Origin: Desulfatiglans anilini DSM 4660 | Lineage (GTDB): Bacteria > Desulfobacterota > DSM-4660 > Desulfatiglandales > Desulfatiglandaceae | Direction of reading: 5' to 3' | NCBI RefSeq assembly: GCF_000422285.1 | Contig: NZ_AULM01000011.1 | Location: 76,425 to 108,424, forward strand | DNA length: 32,000 nucleotides | Shown here: positions 18,117-25,526 of the stretch, piece after piece | Layout of the letters: every line of letters starts with the position of its first letter | Position numbering within the stretch: position 1 is the stretch's first letter | The notes under the pieces: model-generated | Databases searched by the model: none | Told to the model about the DNA's origin: nothing | Seen by the model: the letters and a program-made list of their open reading frames with translations, nothing else | Translations under genes and position numbers: made by a program

Positions 18117-19775
18117 CTAAATCTCCCCTGCTGCGATCCGCTTTTCGATATCGACCTTCAGCTCCTTTTTGTTGATCTTGCCGGAGTCGCCGACCGTGGG
18201 GAACGCGTCCATGAGGACCATCTTTTCCGGCAATTTGAACATCGCCAGTTTCTTCGACTTCAGGAAGTCGACCATCTCCTGGAAGGTCAGGGTCTGACCG
18301 GCCTTGGGGATGACGCAGACGCAGCACCTTTCCCCCATCTCGCGGTCGGGGTAGCCCACGATAGCGACTGAGGCCACCTTCGGATGTTCGTTGAGCAGTC
18401 CCTCGACCTCGGCGGGGTAGATGTTCTGGCCGCCGCGGATGATCATGTCTTTGGCGCGTCCGAGGATCCAGAGGCAGCCCTGGTCGAACTTGACGATGTC
18501 GCCAGTGGTGGTCCAGCCGTTTTCGTCGAAAACCGTAGCCGTGAGCTTCTCGTCGCGGTAATAGCCCGCCGGGGCGTGGGGGCCGCGGAACCAGAGCACG
18601 CCGGGTTCGCCTTCCGGGACCTCTTTCTTCGCCTCTTCATCCATCAGGCGCACTTCGTTGCCGGGCAGCATGCGGCCGACCGTACGGCGGCGGAGCTCCT
18701 TCGAGTCTTCCACGCGGCAGCCCGAGACCGAACCCATATCCTGGGTCCCCAGGTCGCTCGTAATGGCAGCCCCAAAGGCATTCTCGGCCTCCTCGGCCAC
18801 CTGCGGCGAGAGGTAGCCGCCGGCCGAGCGGATGAAGCGAAGGGAACTCAGGTCATATTTCTTGGTATCGACCTCGAGCATTCGCACGAGGTGGGTCGGC
18901 ACTACGCCGATGGCCGTCGCCTTCTCTTTCTCGATCAGGGCCAGGGCGTCTTCCGGAGAAAACTCCTCGAGCATGACGGTCTTCGCGCCGGCGAGCGGGG
19001 CCGCGAAATAGGTCAGGGTTCCGGCCGCGCCGCCGGCGTGGGGCGCGATGGCCATGGTGATGTCGTCCTTGTTCAGCCCCCAGATGTCGACGCGGGCCTT
19101 CGAGGTGCAGACCCTGGGCGCGATGGGCCATTCGACCAGTTTGGGAAGTCCGGTGGTGCCGGTGGTGCTGGTGAGGAGCCCTACGTTCCAGATGGGATCC
19201 AGGCGTCTTTCTTTAAAAACGGCTTCATCGCCCGGTTTCGGGCTGCGGCCTTCGGCCAGTTTGGTAATGGAGTAGGTGCCTGCCGGGGCGTCGGCGGGGA
19301 CCGTGTCATCGAAGAGGAAAAAATTCTTGAGATAGGGGAAGCGCGCCTGAAGGCCCTTGTACATCGCGAGATAGTCGAACTTGCGATAGACCGTCGGGAT
19401 GACGACGGCAGCGGCCTCGGTCCGTTCGACCATGTACTCCAATTCCTTCTCCCTCAGGTAGGGATAGACGGTCAGGGAGATCAGGCCGGCCCTCTCGCTC
19501 GCAACGCGAGCCAGAAATCCGTAAACGCTGTTGGGGGACTGGATGATGATGCGGGAGAACTTGGGGATGCCCATCTCCACCCACGACATCGCGATCGAGT
19601 CGACCAGCTTTTTGGCCTCGGCCCAGGTGACGCGATACTTCGAGTCCACCAGCGCTTCACGATCACCCAGTTCACGGGCGTTGCGATCATAAAAATCATA
19701 AAAGGTCTCCTGCGTCCAGTAGCCCTTCTTCAGGAATTCATCGACCATCTTCTGCTGATAACGGATCGGTTTCAT
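18117..19775 (-). CDS. AMP-forming aryl/acyl-CoA ligase (ANL superfamily)
   Basis: The AMP-binding motif is LLTSTTGTTGLPKLV. The EntE/aryl-acid-ligase-like N-terminus reads FLKKGYWTQETFYDFY. The track ORF extends to 20108 and overlaps the ubiD-like gene. The ATG at 19775, after GAGAGGGAAG, gives 552 aa. Confidence 0.88.
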   Translation of the reverse strand: MKPIRYQQKMVDEFLKKGYWTQETFYDFYDRNARELGDREALVDSKYRVTWAEAKKLVDSIAMSWVEMGIPKFSRIIIQSPNSVYGFLARVASERAGLISLTVYPYLREKELEYMVERTEAAAVVIPTVYRKFDYLAMYKGLQARFPYLKNFFLFDDTVPADAPAGTYSITKLAEGRSPKPGDEAVFKERRLDPIWNVGLLTSTTGTTGLPKLVEWPIAPRVCTSKARVDIWGLNKDDITMAIAPHAGGAAGTLTYFAAPLAGAKTVMLEEFSPEDALALIEKEKATAIGVVPTHLVRMLEVDTKKYDLSSLRFIRSAGGYLSPQVAEEAENAFGAAITSDLGTQDMGSVSGCRVEDSKELRRRTVGRMLPGNEVRLMDEEAKKEVPEGEPGVLWFRGPHAPAGYYRDEKLTATVFDENGWTTTGDIVKFDQGCLWILGRAKDMIIRGGQNIYPAEVEGLLNEHPKVASVAIVGYPDREMGERCCVCVIPKAGQTLTFQEMVDFLKSKKLAMFKLPEKMVLMDAFPTVGDSGKINKKELKVDIEKRIAAGEI

Positions 19776-19887
19776 CTTTGCTTCCCTCTCGAAATGGATG
19801 AATGTTCGTCTGCCTTGATGGGGCTGTTTTTTTCCGGCTGCCGGTTGAAGACCGGCCTTGAACGGACCCGGACCTGAAACGGTTTTC

Positions 19888-19922
19888 GGCGCACCCCCGG
19901 CCTGAGCGGCCGGGAGTGCGCC
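19888..19922 (-). other. 15-bp GC-rich stem-loop between the UbiD-like and ligase genes
   Basis: GGCGCACCCCCGGCC tgagc GGCCGGGAGTGCGCC. The single mismatch becomes a G-U pair in the minus-strand transcript. No U-tract follows, so it is more likely a processing, stability or attenuation element than a terminator. Confidence 0.4.
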
Positions 19923-19950
19923 TCCCGGGGGAGGGTTTCCGGTTAGAGGG

Positions 19951-21357
19951 TTAGAAACCCAGTTCAGACCAGCGAGCTTCGACCCTCTTGACCATTTCGG
20001 GGTCGAGCTTGATCGGGATGGGCTTCTCTTTCCAGTCGTAGGGGATGGTGGCGTCCAGCAGGAGGCGGCCCGTGATATCCCTGGCGTCGATGGGCAGCGA
20101 GGGATCAAGCGGAGTCGAGCGGCCGCGCTTGATGACCTGGCAGCGGTTCGGCTGGAAGCGGAAGCTCAGGGCGTACAGGACCCGTGGAATGTCCCAGGGC
20201 TCGATGTCTTCGTCGACCACGATCACGGTCTTGAGGCCGTAGGCGCCCATTTCCGTCGAGATGGCTGCGGTGAGCACCTGGTCGGCGTGGCCAGGGTACA
20301 TCTGCTTCATGGAGATGATGGCGAGGAAGCGGCCCGAGCCTTCCGGCGGGCAGTACACCGAACGGATGCCGGGGATCTTCATGCCGACGAGCTGCTGCCA
20401 CAGGGTCGCGCCGTAGGAAACGGCCATGGTCATGTGGGTGTCGGTGACCGCGCGGCCGACCGTGGTGCCCCAGAGGATCGGGTTGTTGCGGTAGGTCACG
20501 CACTTGACATCGATGAAGTTCCTGGGATCGGTTCCGACGCCGGAATAGTAGCCGGTGTATTCACCGAACGGGCCTTCCTGCATGAAGGCCTCGGGATCGA
20601 CCTCTCCTTCGACGACGATTTCAGCGTGCGCCGGGATCGGGAGATCCACAGTTTCACCCTGGACCACCTCGACCGGTTCGTTGCGAATGGCACCGGCGAC
20701 ATCGTACTCCGACACGAAAGCGGATATCCGGGCGGCGCCAAGGATGAAGAGCAGGGGGTCACAGCCGATGATCGAGGCGACCGGCATCTTTTTGCCCATG
20801 GCCTGGTATTTCTTGAGCATGATGTCGGCGTGCTTGCCTTTGATGAACTGGGTGCCCATTTTATCCTTCCCGAGGAGTTGGGAGCGGTAGGTGCCAAGGT
20901 TCACCCAGCCGGTCTCGGGGTCCTTCGAGATGATGAAGTGGGCGGTGCCGAGATAGCGGCCGCCGTCGAGGGGGTACCATTGGGGCGTCGGGAATTTGTA
21001 GAGGTCGACTTCGTCGCCCATCATGATATTCTCTTTGCAGGGCGCGGCAGACTTGTCCACTACCTTCGGGGGGATCAGCTTGTCGCCGATTTTAACCCAT
21101 TCTTCCATAATTTGCGTTAGGGAAGATGACGGGTCCATCCCCATGATGAGGGAGAGTCGCTCTGTGGTCGTGCAGACGCTCGTAATGACGGGTGTGGTGT
21201 AATCCTTCACGTTCTCGAACAGCAGCGCCGGACCTTGCTGTTCTTCGTTGAGCTTGGCGATGTGCGACAGCTCCAGGTTCCAATCGACCTCCGCCTTGAT
21301 CCGCTTCAGCGCGTTGTGCTCTTCGGCCACCTTGACAAAATCTCTCATGCTTTTCAT
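19951..21357 (-). CDS. UbiD-family prFMN-dependent (de)carboxylase
   Basis: 468 aa with MRDFVKVAEEHNALKRIKAEVDWNLELSHIAKL...GPALLFENVKDY, and UbiD-like similarity along its length. SD AAGGAG lies 8 nt upstream. Confidence 0.9.
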   Translation of the reverse strand: MKSMRDFVKVAEEHNALKRIKAEVDWNLELSHIAKLNEEQQGPALLFENVKDYTTPVITSVCTTTERLSLIMGMDPSSSLTQIMEEWVKIGDKLIPPKVVDKSAAPCKENIMMGDEVDLYKFPTPQWYPLDGGRYLGTAHFIISKDPETGWVNLGTYRSQLLGKDKMGTQFIKGKHADIMLKKYQAMGKKMPVASIIGCDPLLFILGAARISAFVSEYDVAGAIRNEPVEVVQGETVDLPIPAHAEIVVEGEVDPEAFMQEGPFGEYTGYYSGVGTDPRNFIDVKCVTYRNNPILWGTTVGRAVTDTHMTMAVSYGATLWQQLVGMKIPGIRSVYCPPEGSGRFLAIISMKQMYPGHADQVLTAAISTEMGAYGLKTVIVVDEDIEPWDIPRVLYALSFRFQPNRCQVIKRGRSTPLDPSLPIDARDITGRLLLDATIPYDWKEKPIPIKLDPEMVKRVEARWSELGF

Positions 21358-21937
21358 TCTAAATTCTCCTTCATTAGGTTAAAATTAGTAAAAAGGGACA
21401 ATATGGTTACGCTATTGCTACGCAATGCTGAACGTAATTTTCAACCAGGAAATATAAGGGATTGGTGTCTCCCCTGACGTGATGCGCCGAAAACGAACGG
21501 GTTCAGTTCAGGGGGAGAATGAATGTCTGCGTATCCGACTGTAATACCCGCGAACGTCGATCGAACCGCCCTGTCAGGTGCGGATTGTCTCTGCCGCTTC
21601 AAAGCCGGCGGCACTGCCGGCCGCACCGGCGATGCGGCCGCTTTCCTTCGGGCCCGGCCCACACGGTGGTAAGGGAAGCACCCTTCTCGTTAGATTTTCT
21701 AACCGTGAGCCTTGAGAAAACCGTCGGTGTCATATATCGCGCCGTATCGGGAATGGTTCAAATTCAATTAGAAATTGGAGGAATGTTGTACGCATCTGTC
21801 TTGAATCTCTATGTCTGCTACATCCGTTCCGGGAGTGTATCACTGGAAACGCGCCCGTAGATCGAATGATTTCGTGCTATCGTTACCCCTTTAATCGCCT
21901 TTTCAAAGAAAACTGTCAAATGCATTTTTTTTATGGT

Positions 21938-21960
21938 ATTCATAAACGTTGTTTATGAAT
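21938..21960. promoter_or_regulatory. Perfect 10-bp inverted repeat ATTCATAAAC-gtt-GTTTATGAAT, candidate LysR-type operator
   Basis: The dyad lies in the divergent region between the LysR gene and the ubiD-led operon. It contains T-N11-A-compatible symmetry. A partial third half-site, ATTCATGCAT, follows at 21964. Confidence 0.45.
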
Positions 21961-22166
21961 GCGATTCATGCATAACCAGCTCTTAGGGATCGGATCACCG
22001 TGATGCGGCGGAAGAGAGGCTGCGCCCATGTTTCCTGTTTTCCCCTTGGAGGGGCCAGGATCCCTTCTGATGGGGCTGTGCGTGAATGGGGTCCTTTCGC
22101 TTGAAGTGGCGGGGCAGCAGCCTCGTTTCGGGAATTGAGGCGCAGGATGCCAGGAGGTCGGTTTCT

Positions 22167-23135
22167 ATGATTAATTTCAATCATTTCAGGATATTTTACT
22201 ATGCTGCCAAGGCGGAAAGTTTCACCGAAGCGGCGGAGAAGCTCTTCATTACCCAACCGGCCGTGACGGCGCAAATACGCGCCTTCGAAGAAGCCTGCAA
22301 CCTCAAATTGTTCAAAAAAAAAGGGCGCCACGTCAATCTTACAGACGAAGGGAAGGCCCTTTTTCACTATGCCCGCAAGGTTTTCGAATTCGAGCATGAA
22401 ATTGAGGTTGCGATCGACAAAATGCACCAGCTCAAGCGGGGGGTCCTGCGGATAGGGACCACCAAGACCTATGCGCGTTACTTCATGCCTTACCTTCTCA
22501 GCGCCTTTTTGAAGGATTACCCAGACATAAAGGTCTTTTTGAACGAGGGCAGTTCGGCCGAAATGACCCGCGGACTGCTCGATCTGACTATCGAGATCGC
22601 GGTAATCGCCAAAGCCGAGGAGAACCCAGCGGTTGTCTTCAGGCCCTTCAGCCAGGAGGAACTGCTGCCTATTCTTCCACCCGGTCACAGGCTGGCGGGG
22701 CGGGACTCGGTGCATTTCACGGAATTGGCCGGGGATCCGATCATTTTGAAGGATACCGGGTCAGGGACGAGGAGGCGCGTGGCGGATCTCTTCGCGAGGT
22801 ACGGACGTGTCCCGAATATCCTGATGGAAACGAACAATGTCGAGTTCATCAAAGAGCTGGTTGGGAGGGGAGAGGGCTTCTCTTTCCTCGTCAAGGCGGC
22901 CGTGGTGCAGGAGGTAAAAGAAAAACGGCTGGTCACGCCTCAGATAAGGGGGGAGCATCTTTACCTCGATGTGAGCATCGCCTACCTGAAGGATCAGTCC
23001 CTTTCGAGGCCAGCCAAGGCCTTTCTGCGTATGCTCGAGAATCTGGCCGGCGACAACCCGTCACCGGCCGAAGGCATCGGGGCGCTCACAGCGAGGATCC
23101 TGGCCCGCGCCGAGAAAACTGCCCGGATCGAATGA
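22167..23135 (+). CDS. LysR-family transcriptional regulator
   Basis: MINFNHFRIFYYAAKAESFTEAAEKLFITQPAVTAQIRAFEE is the LTTR winged-HTH. AGGAGG lies 9 nt upstream of the ATG at 22167. The track ORF start at 22086 is an upstream extension. Confidence 0.9.
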   Translation: MINFNHFRIFYYAAKAESFTEAAEKLFITQPAVTAQIRAFEEACNLKLFKKKGRHVNLTDEGKALFHYARKVFEFEHEIEVAIDKMHQLKRGVLRIGTTKTYARYFMPYLLSAFLKDYPDIKVFLNEGSSAEMTRGLLDLTIEIAVIAKAEENPAVVFRPFSQEELLPILPPGHRLAGRDSVHFTELAGDPIILKDTGSGTRRRVADLFARYGRVPNILMETNNVEFIKELVGRGEGFSFLVKAAVVQEVKEKRLVTPQIRGEHLYLDVSIAYLKDQSLSRPAKAFLRMLENLAGDNPSPAEGIGALTARILARAEKTARIE

Positions 23136-23191
23136 CACGCCTTTCCGAACAGCCGCCATCCGCCTTTGTATTCTAATCTTCGAAAAAACCT

Positions 23192-24406
23192 CTACTCACC
23201 GCTGTTCTGGATCATGGCATGCATTTCCCGGGCGCACTGCTCGGCGAAGGTGCTCGAATTGATGTGCTGGTGCGATTCCTGGATGCTGACCGCAGATGAG
23301 AGATTCTCACGGACTGTGTTCAGGAAAAAACGGTTCATCGCCGGATCATACAGAGGCGCACCTTCCTTGTCGGCCTCGGACCACCCGAGCGTTGGGATGA
23401 GCAGTTTGGCACCCCGGCCGAAACGATTCAATTTTTCGGCCAGCTGGCGGGCCAGTGTCGCAGCCTCCTCCCGGCTCAATCGAACGGCGGAACGGAAATC
23501 ATAGAAGAAGATGCTTCGCTCCCGGTATCGCTCCGGTATGTGGTTGCGATCGAAGATCAGAACTGCGCAGTCGAGGCCCCCGGGGATCACCAGACGGGGT
23601 GGGTTGGGTCTTCCGGGGAAGGGCACGAGCCTTCCCGGCCCGATGCCGCCGCAGTAACCGTCCAGGAGGGCGTCGGCCAGTTCGTGGGTGGCGAAATCGA
23701 GGACGCCCGCGAACAGCCCTTCGGATGCCAGTTCTTCCATCGCCATCCCGCCGGTTCCATTGGCGTGAAAGGGAATGACTTCGTAGCCGAGCGCCTCCAG
23801 ATGCCTGCGTACGTGCTCCGCCCCCTCGGTAATGAAGCCGAACATGGTCAGGCCCACCCGCTTTTTCGTCCTGCCGGTTCGATGCCTTTCGTTGCTTTCC
23901 ACCATGCCGCAGACGGCTCCGGCGGCGCGCTCCAGCAGTCCGGCGGAAATGCTGTTGATGCCCAGCAGATCCACGACGCTGTGCATCATGGTGATATCTT
24001 TGGTCCCCACGGTACGGGACATGTCCCTGGAGGCCACCGTGGATATCATGACCTTGGGGGTGCCCATGGGGAGGATGCGCATGATCTCGGTGCAGAGATA
24101 GGTGCCGGTCCCTCCGCCCGCTGAGATGACTCCGGAGAGGCCGTCCTGCCGGTAGCGTTCCTGCACCACCGAGCGCCCCTTCTCGATGACGGCCTCGATG
24201 GCTTCGTCTCGGCCCAGACCTCCGCGGGGCGCGATCGCCTCGGTGTACAGATCGTAGTCGACGGGAAAAGGCGCCGGGGCCTTGGTTCCCGCGTGAATCG
24301 TCAACGCCGGAAATCCCCGTTCTTCGATCACGTCTCTGAGGTAAGCATGTTCCTCTCCTTTGGAATCGAAGGTCCCCAGTACAACGACCGCCTTGTTTCT
24401 CTCCAT
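23192..24406 (-). CDS. UPF0261 / Tm-1-like ATP-binding domain protein, paralogue 2
   Basis: 404 aa and collinear with the 16902..18113 product: VVVLGTFDSKGEEHAYLRDVIE, AGGGTGT, PKVMIST. It is convergent with the LysR gene. Confidence 0.8.
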   Translation of the reverse strand: MERNKAVVVLGTFDSKGEEHAYLRDVIEERGFPALTIHAGTKAPAPFPVDYDLYTEAIAPRGGLGRDEAIEAVIEKGRSVVQERYRQDGLSGVISAGGGTGTYLCTEIMRILPMGTPKVMISTVASRDMSRTVGTKDITMMHSVVDLLGINSISAGLLERAAGAVCGMVESNERHRTGRTKKRVGLTMFGFITEGAEHVRRHLEALGYEVIPFHANGTGGMAMEELASEGLFAGVLDFATHELADALLDGYCGGIGPGRLVPFPGRPNPPRLVIPGGLDCAVLIFDRNHIPERYRERSIFFYDFRSAVRLSREEAATLARQLAEKLNRFGRGAKLLIPTLGWSEADKEGAPLYDPAMNRFFLNTVRENLSSAVSIQESHQHINSSTFAEQCAREMHAMIQNSGE

Positions 24407-24835
24407 GGCAACGCTCCATTATCCATAGGTTGCAGCGGGTGGAAGGGATACTTCCCGACAAAGTCCATATTCTTTGAAACGGTCTATTCAGAGTGCTTGC
24501 CGTTAGACGCGCACGAACTGTTGTCCGTGCCGGGGGCTGCGCCTGACAGCGTGTTCGACAGCCTGCCGTTCCTGAGCAGGCATGAGATGTTCAGCTGTAA
24601 TGTCAGCGAAATCCCAAGGAAAGCTTCAAACACAGGTTTGATCGACGACTCTTTTCTGGATTGAAAGGTCACATATATAGGCCATCGCGAAAAGATCGTC
24701 AAAAGAATTTCGTCGCAGGAAGATTGGTTTAAGCTTTTTTAAGCTGTTGTTTTAGTTTGTTACCAGTTTGTCGAGCCTTTTAGCCACCCATGGGCTGCTT
24801 CAGGGTGGAGATCCTGGCCCTGGTCCCACAAATTT

Positions 24836-25110
24836 TCCATCCGGAAATGGTCTTTTGGCCCAATCTCTGCGTCAATCTTTGCGCTTGCTTGTGCGCCGGC
24901 CACCAGGTCGCCCCCGCGCAACCGCTTGATTTCTTCGATCTTGGCCAGACCGGGACCCGCCCCGCAGGGGTGGGACTGAGCACGCGCAGCGTGTGAAGAA
25001 ACCGGGAACCCGCAGCGCGGCGGTGGGATCGAGCAGCCGAAGGGTGTGAAGAAAAATCCTCATTTACCGATTGGAGACCGGGTTCCACCGGGAAATCATC
25101 TTTGAATGGA
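24836..25110 (-). repeat. MITE-like modular repeat, copy B (inverted relative to A and C, module 2 duplicated)
   Basis: The + strand starts TCCATCCGGAAATGGT and matches the reverse complement of copy C over its whole length. About four in five positions match by eye in the first 100 nt. An internal tandem duplication spans 24949-25000 and 25001-25053. Confidence 0.8.
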
Positions 25111-25213
25111 GGCTGGAGAGCAGGCCGCCTCTGCGGGTAAACCTTTGCGAAAGGGGTCATTTTGCCGAAGATGAGAGCGCACACTTCGTAGCGAAACCTC
25201 CCCGGTCGCTTTT

Positions 25214-25253
25214 GGTGTAGGAAATCAAGACAAGGTGTGTAGGAAAAGACAAC
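25214..25253 (+). promoter_or_regulatory. Tandem 2 x 20-bp direct repeat, candidate upstream activator site
   Basis: GGTGTAGGAAATCAAGACAA followed by GGTGTGTAGGAAAAGACAAC, about 210-240 bp upstream of the sigma54 promoter. The 20-bp period would place both units on the same helix face. Confidence 0.35.
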
Positions 25254-25456
25254 ATAGTGGCTTAAAGCAGGAAATACCGGGTTCGCCTCTTTGGGCAGCA
25301 GCGGATTATAGGTATGGTACTAGGCTGCACTGTTGTATTTCACGCCAACCTAGTCCTCTTCGATGGAGGCAGGATCTGGCCGCCCTTCTTTTCCTTTGGA
25401 TAAAAAATTTAATATGATCAGTATGATATGTCGTATTTTCTCCATTTGATCCGGTT

Positions 25457-25472
25457 TGGCACGCAGGTTGCT
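25457..25472 (+). promoter_or_regulatory. Sigma54 (RpoN) -24/-12 promoter
   Basis: TGGCAC gcagg TTGCT matches the TGGCAC-N5-TTGCW consensus exactly. It lies about 55 nt upstream of the ATG at 25527. An AT-rich tract (25400-25440) lies upstream, where a bending site would be expected. Confidence 0.72.
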
Positions 25473-25526
25473 TAAGAAGACAACCAACACAAGACATCAC
25501 CCTTCCTCTAAAGAAAGGAGCAGGAC

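Noticed and set aside
21966-22715. 249-aa minus-strand ORF
   Set aside because: It is mostly antisense to the LysR gene and has no SD. Its upstream part lies in the intergenic control region.
25270-25295. tRNA-like T-loop sequence (CCGGGTTCGCC)
   Set aside because: No acceptor stem, D-arm or anticodon arm can be drawn from the surrounding sequence.
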